DNA of 64,000 nucleotides from IMG/VR virus record IMGVR_UViG_3300045051_000531, one strand, 5' to 3'. The stretch is from a virus. This document shows, one piece after another, positions 19,204-29,326 of this stretch. Position numbers and translations under genes: made by a program. Within the stretch, counting starts at the first letter, position 1. Each line of letters begins with the position of its first letter. The notes beneath the pieces were generated by a model, which saw only the letters and a program-made list of their open reading frames with translations, made no database searches and was not told where the DNA came from.

Positions 19204-19920
19204 ATGACGTATTCGGACGCCCTGAACTACTACAACGCCATGCAGGCCCAGGACGACATCGCCCGGGGTCCGGGTGGGCTGCTGGACACGACGGAGGCCA
19301 TGACGGAGTTCCGTCGGCATCTCAATACCCCGGCTCAGCAGCCCAAGCAGCTCACGTTCGGGGACATCTTGCACGGCGCCATCGGTGCCGCCCTCGGGGC
19401 TGGCGTAGCTCGCGGAGCCAGTTCAGCACTTGGGCTCAGTGATCGCTTCTCAGACAAGCTGGAAACCATCGGACTCGGACTCGGAGCTGCTATGAACACA
19501 GGGTACATCAAGAGCGCCGCGGAAGCCGAGGCCTCACTCGCCAAGCAGCTCGACAGGCTCGACGAGCTCGAACCCAAGGTCGCCGCGGCTCGCGTGGATG
19601 CCTTCCGGCTCGGGTTCGTCCGCGGGCTCCAGGACGCCGGGTACTTCGAGAAGGGCGCCGCCGTGATCCCGCTTCCGATCGTCACGCTGGACGCCGCCAA
19701 CATGTTGTCGGTACCTCGCAGCATCGGTAAGGCGATCACGAGTGGTGGCGAAGTCGTCGGTACCGGGCTCGGTGTCGCGGACTCCCTGGATGAGACCGAT
19801 GAAGAGGTCTCCAAGATCAACGTGGAGCGCGCCATCCTGGAAGACAGGCTTGAGCAGCTCAAAGCGGATCGCCGGAATGCCGCGCTGAAAGACATCCTTG
19901 CGAAAAGGCGTGTGAAGTAG
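19204..19920 (+). CDS. glycine-zipper putative internal head protein
   Basis: GAIGAALGAG; KSAA, KVAA, AFRLGF..FEKGAA. Confidence 0.6.
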   Translation: MTYSDALNYYNAMQAQDDIARGPGGLLDTTEAMTEFRRHLNTPAQQPKQLTFGDILHGAIGAALGAGVARGASSALGLSDRFSDKLETIGLGLGAAMNTGYIKSAAEAEASLAKQLDRLDELEPKVAAARVDAFRLGFVRGLQDAGYFEKGAAVIPLPIVTLDAANMLSVPRSIGKAITSGGEVVGTGLGVADSLDETDEEVSKINVERAILEDRLEQLKADRRNAALKDILAKRRVK

Positions 19921-19931
19921 TAGCGTTCGGC

Positions 19932-20282
19932 ATGGTCGACGTACACCCCGCGCTCCGGTTGCCCAAGGGGATCCCGACGTCGCGGTACCGGCCGCCAGCC
20001 CCTGTTGAGATCCCCAAGGGGCTCCAGGAGCTCCCCCTCATCGACAAAGACACCCCGGACTCCGGGAAGGTCCAGGAGCACTGGATCGCCCGAGTTGGCG
20101 TGTTTGATCTCTGCGACGATACCCAACGCGAGGCTTACGAGCGGATCTGGCAGTCGGTATGCGACGGACAGGCCATTATGTCGGAGCACCGGACCGAATA
20201 CGACAGCGCGAAGTGCCGTTTTCTGGCCTTGTTGCGTTGGGCCGACATCAAGTATAAAGTGCCTGACGAACCAAGAGGATAG
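19932..20282 (+). CDS. small hypothetical protein
   Basis: tightly packed ORF with globular C-terminal domain. Confidence 0.55.
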   Translation: MVDVHPALRLPKGIPTSRYRPPAPVEIPKGLQELPLIDKDTPDSGKVQEHWIARVGVFDLCDDTQREAYERIWQSVCDGQAIMSEHRTEYDSAKCRFLALLRWADIKYKVPDEPRG

Positions 20283-20285
20283 AGC

Positions 20286-21179
20286 ATGGTGCTGCCCAAC
20301 ATGGACTGGACCGGCGACGCTGGGTACATCCCGCACGTTGCCTTGGGCGCCCTGGCCGCGGGTGGTGTTGCTCGACTCGGAAAAGGGCTCATCGATCTGT
20401 ACCGTGAGGGCGGCGATGACGACTCCAGGTACCCCGTGAAGGCGATTCGACCGGCGCAGGCCATGATCCCTGTCGAGGTCAGCACAGACGAGGCCAGGGA
20501 GCTCAGGAAGCGTGGTGTCAAGGTCCGCCACGTCCTCGCCAAGCGTGCCGCTGAGGCCCCTCCGAAAACGAATCCGTCGTTCGTGAACGCGCTGCTGTAT
20601 GGCGGTCTCGGTGCTGGCGCCGCCGTGGGTGGCTGGAAGCTCATCGACTACGCCATGGATGCCCAGCGGAAGTCTGAGGCCAAGGCGCGCCTCGACGCGG
20701 TACGGAAGCGCATCGAGAAGATGCTCAACAATGACCCCTACGCGCAGGACGTCGGGGTCTACGAGAGCATGAAGACTGGGGCTGCTCGTCTGCTGAAGGG
20801 CGACGACCTCGTCAAGGAAGCCGGGCTGGCTGACCTCTTCGCGATCGGCGGTCTCCTGGTTGGCGGCGGTGCCACGTTGGCCGGCATTTCAGGCTACCAG
20901 AAGGGTATCGCGTCGAGCCCGTCGCGGGCCAAGGCGAAGGCACTGCAACGTCTCCTGGCCTCGTCGCCGACCGCGGTTCCGCGCGCCACGATGACGCCTT
21001 ATGTTCTCACGGATCCCACGCTGCTCGAAGACGAGGAAGACGAGGACAAGCAGGTCGCCGCGGTGCCAGCGCTCCCGGCTCCGAAGCCGACCTTCGTGCA
21101 GGTCTCCAAGCCGTCGGGAAGCCCGGCTCGACAGGCTGCTGCCACAGGCGCCCAGGCTCCAGTCGCCGTGATGCTCTAA
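20286..21179 (+). CDS. three-helix glycine-zipper protein, putative internal head protein
   Basis: hydrophobic helices separated by KRAA and KEAG. Confidence 0.6.
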   Translation: MVLPNMDWTGDAGYIPHVALGALAAGGVARLGKGLIDLYREGGDDDSRYPVKAIRPAQAMIPVEVSTDEARELRKRGVKVRHVLAKRAAEAPPKTNPSFVNALLYGGLGAGAAVGGWKLIDYAMDAQRKSEAKARLDAVRKRIEKMLNNDPYAQDVGVYESMKTGAARLLKGDDLVKEAGLADLFAIGGLLVGGGATLAGISGYQKGIASSPSRAKAKALQRLLASSPTAVPRATMTPYVLTDPTLLEDEEDEDKQVAAVPALPAPKPTFVQVSKPSGSPARQAAATGAQAPVAVML

Positions 21180-21188
21180 GGGGTACCG

Positions 21189-24100
21189 ATGCCGGCCCCG
21201 ATGGACTCCTTCCTGGACCAGGAACCGGTCGAAGCCGTCAAGTTTCGGCGGTTCGATGACGTCGACACGGAGCGCGACGACATCTACGAGAACGCGAAGC
21301 GCGCCTTCAAGCAGCTCCGTCCTGTTCAGAACGCCACGCACCGACTCGAAGTCGCAGATGTCGACTACGATGGTCCCTTCGAGCCGACGAAGGCTGACGA
21401 GAAAAAGGCTATCCTGCAGGGAACCTCGTTGCACCGTCCGTTGCGCGGAACCGTGCGACTCGTCGACATCGCGTCGAATAAGGTCCTCGACGAACAGAAG
21501 GCCACGCTGGCCAGGATTCCGCATCTGACCTCGCGTGGCCTCTTCATCCGGAACGGGGTGACGTGGTCGCTGCGCAACCAGGCCAGGTTGCGTCCTGGCG
21601 TCTACACCCGGCACCGTGCCGATGGCGGTACCGAATCGCACTTCAACATCAAGCCAGGAACCGGTCGTGGGTTCCGTATCTTCCTGGAGCCCGAGAGCGG
21701 TCTGTTCAAGTTCCAGGTCGGGCAATCCACGACGAAGCTGTACCCCGTGTTGCGGCAGCTCGGTGTCGATGATGACGTCATCAAGCAGGCCTGGGGCGAC
21801 GAGCTCCACAAGAAGAACTTCGTTCCGGAGAGCGGCCACGACATCCAGGACATCCGGAAGCTGGTCCACAAGCTGTCCAGCACGAAGGCTGGTGTGGTGC
21901 CCGATGATCTCCTCAAGGATGCCCTCAAGGATGCCCTGGCTCGTGGCGAGGTCGACGAGGACACCACGGAGCTCACCTTGGGTGAACGGTTCCGGAACCT
22001 GAGCCCGGAGCGGCTCCTGCAGGCCACCACCAAGGTGCTCAAGGTTGCCCGTGGTGAGGACCCCGGTGACAACCGTGACTCCCAGGCCTTCCAGTCCATC
22101 CATAGCTCCGAGGACTACATCCGGGAGCGGCTGAGCCGGGATCAGGCCGGGACGCTGCGTAAGCTGCTCTGGAAGGCTGGCCGCACCGGGAAGCTGGGAC
22201 AACTGCAGCCCGGTGTCATGGACCGCAACCTGGGTTCGATCTTCGAAGGCTCCGGTCTCGCGATGTCCGTCGAAGATATCAACCCGTTCGAGATCCACGA
22301 TCAGCGCCAGGCCATCACCAGGCTCGGCGAAGGTGGCATCAGCTCTGAGCAAGCTGTGAGCCGTGACGCCCGTGGCGTCCAGCCCAGCTACATCGGTGTC
22401 ATCGATGCCGGCCGTGGTCCGGAGTCCAGCAAGCTGGGGCTCGATCTGCGCGTCACCGATGCCGCGCTGAAGGGATCAGATGGGCAGCTCTACACCACGG
22501 TAACGAATCGCGATGGGAAGCCTGAAGTTGTGTCCGCGCGGACACTTTCCACGAAGACGGTAGCGTTCCCTGGTGAGATGGAGCGGGACGCCAAGCGGAT
22601 CCCAGCTATTCGTGACGGCGACATCACGTACGTCACCAAGGACGAAGTCGACTACGTCATCCCGAATCCCAACGCGTTGATGTCGCGGGCCACGGCGATG
22701 ATTCCGTTCCCGGAGTCCGTGAAGGGGCAACGGCTTCTCATGGGCGCCCGGATGACTGCTCAGGCGATGCCGCTGCAGGAACCCGAGGCTCCGCTCGTCC
22801 AGACCGCGGACTCCGACGGGGTCAGCCTGCACGAAAAGATGGGAGCCACCATTGGTGCCGTTCGGGCTCCAGCTGCTGGTGTCGTCACCAAGGCGGACGC
22901 CGACGAGATCCAGCTGTCGTTCCCTGACGGGACCAAGAAGACGTTCTCGCTGTACAACAACTACCCGACGGCGCGGAAGACGGTGGTCCACAACACCGCG
23001 CTGGTGAAACGTGGCGACGTCGTCCAGCCCGGGCAGATGCTCGCCAAGTCGAACTTCACCGATGACAAAGGTGTCGCCGCTATCGGTCGGAACCTCCGGG
23101 TCGCCTTCATGGCGGCTGAGGGTGACACCATCGAAGACGCCTTCGTGATCTCGGAGAGCGCTGCGAAGAAGCTGACCTCGGAGGCCCTGTACAAGTCCGA
23201 CCTCGATCTCAGCGAGATCTCGTCGACGAAGAAGGCCGACTATCAGGCTATCTACGCAGATCGCTTCTCTCCGGATCAGTACGCCAAGATCGATGATGAT
23301 GGCGTCATCCAGGTCGGTGCCGAGGTCCGACCTGGGGATCCGTTGATCCTGGGTTACGGCACCAAGGAGAAGCGGGCTGTTGGCGCCCTGATGAATAGCC
23401 CGCGGGCGATGCACAGCGATCGGGCCCAGACCTGGGAGCACCACGCTCCTGGTGTCGTCACCGACGTCGTCAGGACTCGTGGTGGCATCAAGGTCGCCGT
23501 GAAGTCCTACGACGCCATGCGGGCCGCCGACAAGCTGAGCGGTCGGCACGGCAACAAGGGTGTCATCGCAGCGATTCGCCCCGATGAGCAGATGCCCGTG
23601 GACGCCAACGGGGAACCCGTCGAAGTCATCATGAACTCGCTGGGCATCGTGAGCCGCACGAATCCGGCGGCGCTGGCTGAGGCCATGCTCGGCAAGGTGG
23701 CCCAGCGTACCGGGAAGCCTTACGTGGTTCCTGGGTTCAGCGGGAACGATGTCACCGAGTTCGCCCTGCAGGAGGCCCTGAAGAACGGGGTCATCACGCA
23801 GAACGACAAGGGTGAACTCGTCGACACCGAGACGCTCACGGATCCCAGGGATGGTCGCAAGATCCCCGGGGTCTTCACGGGCAACATGTACTTCATGAAG
23901 CTCCAGCACATGGCGGAGTCCAAGCTGGGTGCCCGTGATACCAGTACATACACCACGGAAGGCTTCCCCGCAAAGGGCGGCAAAGAGGGCAGCAAGCGGA
24001 TCGCGATGCTGGACACCCACGCCTTGCTCGCCGCTGGTGCCACGGACTTCATCAAGGACGCCAAGCTGGTCCGCGGTCAGCGGAACGATGATTACTGGCG

Positions 24101-25595
24101 CGCCATCCGTGCTGGCGAGACCCCTATCGTTCCGACAGAGAGCTTCGCCGACGAAAACTTCAAGACGTTGCTCAAGGCGGCTGGGGTCAACGTGCGTGAG
24201 AAGGGGACCAGGAGCCAGCTGGCCCCGCTGCTGGATCGTGACGTCGACGCCTTGGCACAGCACGAGATCGATAACCCGGGCACCTTCGATTTCGAAAGCA
24301 TGGAGCCCATCAAGGGTGGCCTCTTCGATGTCAGCAAGACCGGCGGCGCCGAAGGCAACCGGTTCACCAAGATCACGCTGCCCCAGAAAATCCCACATCC
24401 CTTGTTCGTGGAGCCGATTCAGCGGCTCCTCGGGCTCACGGGTAAAGAGTTCGAGGCGGTTCTCTCGGGCAAAGAGGAGCTCCACGGTAAGACAGGCCCA
24501 GGTGCCGTTGAGGCCGCGCTCTCAGGCATCGACGTGGACCGCGACATCGCGCTCGCCAAGGAACAGATCCGTACTGGCCGTGGGCAGAAGCGCGACGACG
24601 CCGTGAAGCGTCTGAACTATCTCACCGGGTTGAAGAAGACGGAAACCACACCGAGCGATCTCTTGATCAGCAAGATCCCGGTGATCCCGCCGCGGTACCG
24701 CCCCGTGACGAAGAGCCGTGGCACCGACATGGTGCATGATCTCAACTACCTGTACCACGATCTCCTCGAGGCCCGGAACAACTACAGCGACGCCACCAAG
24801 GAGTTCGGTGATGCCGGCGATGAGTACCTCACGATGTGGAACGCGGTTCGGGCGATCAGCGGGGTCCGGGATCCCGTGAACCCGAAGACCGCTGAGCAGG
24901 GCGTCAAAGGGGTCCTCCGGTACGCCATCGGCGTCGGCGACACCCCCAAGGGCGCCTTCTACCAGCGCAAGGTCATCGGTACCGCAGTGGACACCGTTGG
25001 TCGTGGCGTCATCGCGGCGGACAAGGATCTCGACATCGACGAGGTCGGTCTTCCCAAGGACATGGCGGTTAAGATCTTCAGGCCGTACGTGATCCGTCGG
25101 TTGACCAGGATGGGACTCCCGGCAACGGAGGCCATCGAGGCGATCAAGACGGAGACCCCGATGGCGATGAAGGCGCTGGAAGAGGAGATGAAGGCGCGCC
25201 CCGTGGTCTACAACCGGGCCCCGGCGTTGCACCGCTACGCCTACGTGGGCGCCTGGGCCAAGCTGCGTGACGACGACGCCATCGGGATGCCGTACCATAC
25301 CCTGAAGGGTCTTGGCGGCGATTTCGACGGTGACCAGATCAACATCCATGTCCCATCGACTGAGGAAGCCGTTGCCGACGCCACTGATAAGTTGATGCCG
25401 TCCAAGAACCTGTTCTTCACGGGGTCCTTCGAAACCCACCTGGAGCCCGTGCAGGACTACCTCGCCGGACTCTACCTTGCCAGCACCCCGAAGTCCGGAG
25501 AAGCTGTACGGACCTTCGCGAGTGCCGAGGAAGCCAAGGCTGCCTACGCTCGTGGTGAGATCAGCGCCAGAACCCCGATCAGGATACTGACCTAA
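21189..25595 (+). CDS. rpoB/rpoC: DNA-directed RNA polymerase: beta subunit fused to N-terminal half of beta' (both double-psi barrels)
   Basis: beta motifs QRLLMGARMTAQAMPL, GDTIEDAFVISE, DKLSGRHGNKGVI, YFMKLQHMAESKL; beta' motifs IPVIPPRYRP, YNRAPALHR, GGDFDGDQINIHVP. Confidence 0.95.
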   Translation: MPAPMDSFLDQEPVEAVKFRRFDDVDTERDDIYENAKRAFKQLRPVQNATHRLEVADVDYDGPFEPTKADEKKAILQGTSLHRPLRGTVRLVDIASNKVLDEQKATLARIPHLTSRGLFIRNGVTWSLRNQARLRPGVYTRHRADGGTESHFNIKPGTGRGFRIFLEPESGLFKFQVGQSTTKLYPVLRQLGVDDDVIKQAWGDELHKKNFVPESGHDIQDIRKLVHKLSSTKAGVVPDDLLKDALKDALARGEVDEDTTELTLGERFRNLSPERLLQATTKVLKVARGEDPGDNRDSQAFQSIHSSEDYIRERLSRDQAGTLRKLLWKAGRTGKLGQLQPGVMDRNLGSIFEGSGLAMSVEDINPFEIHDQRQAITRLGEGGISSEQAVSRDARGVQPSYIGVIDAGRGPESSKLGLDLRVTDAALKGSDGQLYTTVTNRDGKPEVVSARTLSTKTVAFPGEMERDAKRIPAIRDGDITYVTKDEVDYVIPNPNALMSRATAMIPFPESVKGQRLLMGARMTAQAMPLQEPEAPLVQTADSDGVSLHEKMGATIGAVRAPAAGVVTKADADEIQLSFPDGTKKTFSLYNNYPTARKTVVHNTALVKRGDVVQPGQMLAKSNFTDDKGVAAIGRNLRVAFMAAEGDTIEDAFVISESAAKKLTSEALYKSDLDLSEISSTKKADYQAIYADRFSPDQYAKIDDDGVIQVGAEVRPGDPLILGYGTKEKRAVGALMNSPRAMHSDRAQTWEHHAPGVVTDVVRTRGGIKVAVKSYDAMRAADKLSGRHGNKGVIAAIRPDEQMPVDANGEPVEVIMNSLGIVSRTNPAALAEAMLGKVAQRTGKPYVVPGFSGNDVTEFALQEALKNGVITQNDKGELVDTETLTDPRDGRKIPGVFTGNMYFMKLQHMAESKLGARDTSTYTTEGFPAKGGKEGSKRIAMLDTHALLAAGATDFIKDAKLVRGQRNDDYWRAIRAGETPIVPTESFADENFKTLLKAAGVNVREKGTRSQLAPLLDRDVDALAQHEIDNPGTFDFESMEPIKGGLFDVSKTGGAEGNRFTKITLPQKIPHPLFVEPIQRLLGLTGKEFEAVLSGKEELHGKTGPGAVEAALSGIDVDRDIALAKEQIRTGRGQKRDDAVKRLNYLTGLKKTETTPSDLLISKIPVIPPRYRPVTKSRGTDMVHDLNYLYHDLLEARNNYSDATKEFGDAGDEYLTMWNAVRAISGVRDPVNPKTAEQGVKGVLRYAIGVGDTPKGAFYQRKVIGTAVDTVGRGVIAADKDLDIDEVGLPKDMAVKIFRPYVIRRLTRMGLPATEAIEAIKTETPMAMKALEEEMKARPVVYNRAPALHRYAYVGAWAKLRDDDAIGMPYHTLKGLGGDFDGDQINIHVPSTEEAVADATDKLMPSKNLFFTGSFETHLEPVQDYLAGLYLASTPKSGEAVRTFASAEEAKAAYARGEISARTPIRILT

Positions 25596-26683
25596 TGCTC
25601 GGACATCTTTACATGACCAAGGTGGCCGTCGATTGGACGGACCCAGCTGAGGTCCAGCAGTTCCGGGCCGGGGCCGAGAAGGCGTATTCGGACGCCGTAA
25701 AGTCTAAAGATTTCGCCGGGATCAACGAAGCCCTGAACCGGATCCGGACGTACGAACACAAGACGAAGCAGAAGATGGTTCCGAAGGACGGCTACGACGG
25801 GTTACTGCGCGTCATGCGGATGCTGCACGTCGACGCCGTACGTACGCGCGACGCAACGAAGCTCAGCGCGTTGCAGGATCAGATCGAGTTCCTGGAGTCC
25901 CACACCAACAAGAAGTGGGAGTCCCCCAACGTCAATGCACGCGGCAAGGGTCCATCCGGCGGCACGCTTCCGGATCCCAAGGCGCCGGCTCCGACACCAG
26001 CGCCGAAGCCAGCCGCTCCGGCACCGCCAGCAACGGGTAGCAGCGCCGCCCCGAAAACACCCATGGTTGATTCGGGAAAGTTCAAGGAGCTCAAAGAGCG
26101 GCTCAAGGCCGAGGCCAAGGCTAAGCTGGGCCCAGGCCCAGTCGCCCCAGCGAGTCCGGCTGCGCCGCCCCCGCCTCCTGGTGGCGGAACCGCGGCTAAG
26201 GTCCCGCCAGCACCGGCTCGTGGTGGGGCCGGGGCTCCTCCAGCGCCTCCTGGTGGCGGAACTCCGGCGCCCCGTAGTCGGGCTGCTGCACCGCCGCCGC
26301 CGCCGAAGCCGCCAGTCGCTGCCCCGCTTGGCGGCGGTCCAAAGCCTCCCAGCGGCGGCACAGCTCCGCGTAGTCGACGTGGGTTCGGAGCGCTGATGCG
26401 CGGCGCGCTGCCGTACGCCGGAGCCTTCGCGGCTGGTGGGGCTGCTGGTTACGGGGCCAAGAGTTACCTGGGCCCCACGTCTAAGAGCGACTCTACTGAG
26501 ACCACAGCAGAGAAGCCCGGTATGCTGGACCAGGTCACGAATTACGTCAAAGAGAACCCCTGGACGTCGGCTGGTATCGGGGTCGGAGCCGCAGGAACCA
26601 CAGCCCTGCTGGCTTACCTGCTGAGCCAGGGCAAAAAGCCGGATGAGCGGCCTGACATGGCTGAGGACGTCGTCCTCGCGTAG
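25595..26683 (+). CDS. Pro-rich membrane-anchored putative internal head protein
   Basis: TKVA leader; C-terminal GMLDQVTNYVKENPWTSAGIG anchor homologous to that of 14396-14989. Confidence 0.6.
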   Translation: MLGHLYMTKVAVDWTDPAEVQQFRAGAEKAYSDAVKSKDFAGINEALNRIRTYEHKTKQKMVPKDGYDGLLRVMRMLHVDAVRTRDATKLSALQDQIEFLESHTNKKWESPNVNARGKGPSGGTLPDPKAPAPTPAPKPAAPAPPATGSSAAPKTPMVDSGKFKELKERLKAEAKAKLGPGPVAPASPAAPPPPPGGGTAAKVPPAPARGGAGAPPAPPGGGTPAPRSRAAAPPPPPKPPVAAPLGGGPKPPSGGTAPRSRRGFGALMRGALPYAGAFAAGGAAGYGAKSYLGPTSKSDSTETTAEKPGMLDQVTNYVKENPWTSAGIGVGAAGTTALLAYLLSQGKKPDERPDMAEDVVLA

Positions 26684-26724
26684 CCGCTGTTCACGTAACG
26701 AACGACACATAGGATATCAACACC

Positions 26725-27450
26725 ATGGACAACAAGATCGCCGCTCGCCTGTTCCGCCGCGGGCTTGACGAGAAACTCGCTGAATACCGGAAGTCAGCTT
26801 TCGTCCCGATGGGGACCCCGGCTGAGAAGACCGGCCAGCAGGCCCCTGGCCCTGGTGGGGCCCCCGTGGATCCCGCCGCAGCCGGTGGTGCTCCTATGGA
26901 CCCCATGGCGGCTGGAGCCCCCATGGATCCCATGGCGGCCATGGGTGGCGCCCCTCCCATGGATCCCGCGGCTGGTGGCGCCCCTCCGATGGACCCCATG
27001 GCTGCCATGGGTGGTGCCCCTCCTGCGGACCCCGCAGCCGGTGGCGCCCCGCCCATGGACCCCATGGCCGCGCTCGGTGGCATGCCGCCGCTGCCGGCTG
27101 ATGCCGGCGCCGGTGGCGAGGCCCCGCCTCCGCCACCCCCGCTGGAAGGCGCTGGCGGTGAAGATGGTGGCGGCGGTGGCCTCACCAAGGCTGACGCGGA
27201 GACCGTCGACACGATCACGCGGCGCACTATGGACATCGTTCGGGAGACCCTGGACATGGTCGGGAAGACCAAGCAGCCCAAGGACGGCGGCTCCGCCGCT
27301 GCCCCGGCTGAGCCCGACCCGAAGTCGCAGCCTGGCCCGGTGACTGGTCAGCCCGGCTTCGACCCCAGCATGCTGTCTGGCCCGCTCAAGATGGCTTCGA
27401 CCATCCTGGCTCGCCAGCTCAAGAAGCGCGCAGAAGCGCCCCGGAAGTAA
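26725..27450 (+). CDS. GGAPPMDP-repeat protein
   Basis: MDNKIAA..EKLA..RKSA leader, tandem peptide repeats. Confidence 0.65.
   Translation: MDNKIAARLFRRGLDEKLAEYRKSAFVPMGTPAEKTGQQAPGPGGAPVDPAAAGGAPMDPMAAGAPMDPMAAMGGAPPMDPAAGGAPPMDPMAAMGGAPPADPAAGGAPPMDPMAALGGMPPLPADAGAGGEAPPPPPPLEGAGGEDGGGGGLTKADAETVDTITRRTMDIVRETLDMVGKTKQPKDGGSAAAPAEPDPKSQPGPVTGQPGFDPSMLSGPLKMASTILARQLKKRAEAPRK
26854..27090 (+). repeat. degenerate in-frame tandem repeat encoding GGAPPMDP(M/A)AA
   Basis: repeated ggtggcgcccctcc(c/g)atgga(t/c)ccc units. Confidence 0.8.
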
Positions 27451-27451
27451 G

Positions 27452-29323
27452 ATGCCCAAGCTGGGCCGCCTCGCGTTCCGCAAGGTAGCCGAGGCTGCTG
27501 AGATCCCTCAGCAGCCCGCTGGGCTGTTTGATCGGATGCTGCAGCAGCACGGCGCCGAGCAGGGCCAGGGGCGGTACACTGGTAGCGGTTCCGTGGGTCC
27601 CTCGCAACAGCAGGGCCAGGGGTTCGTCACCGGCCAGCAGGCCTTGTTGGAGGGTGCCCAGTCGGCGGCTGGACCGCTGGGGGTCTCCCTGGCTATGCTG
27701 GGGATGCCGTGGATCCAGCAGGCCACAGCCGGAACCGGCATCGATCTCGCGAAGCCCTGGCAGATGGGGTACGGCGGCAGCCCGAGGGCGTTCCAAGAGC
27801 AGGGTCGTGTCGCGGCCCAGATGATGTCGGCTCAGCTGACCTCCATGGGTGACTCCGGGCGCCAGCTCGCCGTCGCGGCCATCGAGCAGCTCGGCAAGAC
27901 CGGGATCCCGGTTGAGGGAGTCATCAATTACCTGAAGACGGCGGATCCCAACACGGTCGGAACTATCGTACAGCAGCTCTCCCTGCAGTTCCCGCAGGTC
28001 CAGGCGATCATGTCGCGGCTCGACCCGGCGTTCATCAGCGACTTCACGCCGATCGCGCAGGCCACGTACTTCCAGAACAACGGCGATTTCGACGAAGCCC
28101 TGTTCCAGAAGACCATGCAGCGGTTCCAGTCGGATTACCGTTCCGGCAAGTACGGGCAGGTTCCCGCTCAGATCGCGGCGCACTCCGTGGCGTTCGTAGC
28201 TGAGAAGGGCCTCCCGCCTGGTGCCATTCCCGATGCGTCGAAGAACGTGGCTCAGGCCGCGAACTCGCTCGTCGACCGTGGCCTGGCCCCGAGCTTCGGA
28301 GCCGCGATGGAGCTCGCGCAGTCCATCAGCCCGGAGGTCATGCAGAACCCGAAGTCGGTTCAGCAGTTCGCGAACTACACCGATAACCTCGCCAGGCGCG
28401 GCTTCCTGAGCCGGGATCAGATCTACTCGGCGGCCCAGTACGCCATGCATAATGGTCTCGACGTGGCCTCCACGATGACGGCTGTCGGGCATAGCGGGCG
28501 ACTGAAGCGCCTCATGGGGCAGCACGCCGGCAAGCTCCCGGATCTCGCGGCGACATCGCTGGCCGGATTCCAGAAGTCCGAGCAGGCCTCCGTGCTGGGG
28601 GCCGCGCGTCAGATCAGCAAGTCGCTTCGTCACACCATCGATACCGCGATCTCCAAGGGTGACGTCGCTGCGTTGACCAGGGTCTACAAGCAGGTCGCCA
28701 GCAACCCGGACATCCTCAACATTGCTCGGCAGAACCCGAACGTCGGAGTCAGCTTGGCGAAGCAGATGTCGGCGAAGAACCCGGCGATGCTGGGACAGCT
28801 GATGACGGCGCAGTTCGCAGAGCAGGGCAAGAATGATCCCTCGATGCGGAAGTTGCTGCGGAACCCCACCGAGATCAGGCGGCGCATCATCCAGCAGGAT
28901 CTCAGCGGGCTGTCACCTGCAGCGCGCGACTTCATGCTGCGGAACGGTGGCGCCGACGCCGCAGCTGTCCTGGCTTCGAAGTCTCCGGACTACGAAGGTG
29001 CTCCGCTGCCGCCCGGTGTCGACGAGGTCAAGGCGTCGCGCATCGGACTCCAGTACCCGGATGCCCAGTCGGACCGTCCAGCTCCACTGGTGCGCGGTGA
29101 GGCTGAGGTGCCTGAGAACCTGGCCGAACCGGTCCGCACGGGTTCCCGCCCGGCTGCGTTGCCGCGCGGCAACTTCGTACCCGATGGGGTCGAACAGCCG
29201 CCCGGGCTCGGTGAGCTCGCGTTCGGTGATCGTAGCGTGGTTGACCCGAATCGCGGGGTCCGGGCGCCGCCGACGAAGCAGCCCTGGAAGCCGACGAAGC
29301 CTGCCCTGACCCGCGGGATCTAG
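27452..29323 (+). CDS. helical Gln/Ala-rich virion protein (623 aa)
   Basis: MPKLGRLAFRKVAE leader; no Cys seen. Confidence 0.6.
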   Translation: MPKLGRLAFRKVAEAAEIPQQPAGLFDRMLQQHGAEQGQGRYTGSGSVGPSQQQGQGFVTGQQALLEGAQSAAGPLGVSLAMLGMPWIQQATAGTGIDLAKPWQMGYGGSPRAFQEQGRVAAQMMSAQLTSMGDSGRQLAVAAIEQLGKTGIPVEGVINYLKTADPNTVGTIVQQLSLQFPQVQAIMSRLDPAFISDFTPIAQATYFQNNGDFDEALFQKTMQRFQSDYRSGKYGQVPAQIAAHSVAFVAEKGLPPGAIPDASKNVAQAANSLVDRGLAPSFGAAMELAQSISPEVMQNPKSVQQFANYTDNLARRGFLSRDQIYSAAQYAMHNGLDVASTMTAVGHSGRLKRLMGQHAGKLPDLAATSLAGFQKSEQASVLGAARQISKSLRHTIDTAISKGDVAALTRVYKQVASNPDILNIARQNPNVGVSLAKQMSAKNPAMLGQLMTAQFAEQGKNDPSMRKLLRNPTEIRRRIIQQDLSGLSPAARDFMLRNGGADAAAVLASKSPDYEGAPLPPGVDEVKASRIGLQYPDAQSDRPAPLVRGEAEVPENLAEPVRTGSRPAALPRGNFVPDGVEQPPGLGELAFGDRSVVDPNRGVRAPPTKQPWKPTKPALTRGI

Positions 29324-29326
29324 GCC

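Noticed and set aside
22476-24485. Long minus-strand ORFs (also 12506-13900, 39858-41402, 42564-44555, 51538-53085 and others)
   Set aside because: Antisense shadows of GC3-biased plus-strand genes; no recognisable motifs, starts or RBS
26688-26715. TAGGAT as -10 element before 26725 (likewise TAAGCT at 31428 and TAAGTT at 3232)
   Set aside because: No acceptable -35 at 16-18 nt; sequence doubles as RBS or stop codon
26854-27090. CRISPR array or VNTR (also 40881-40985, 47050-47220)
   Set aside because: Degenerate in-frame coding repeats with no constant repeat and unique spacers
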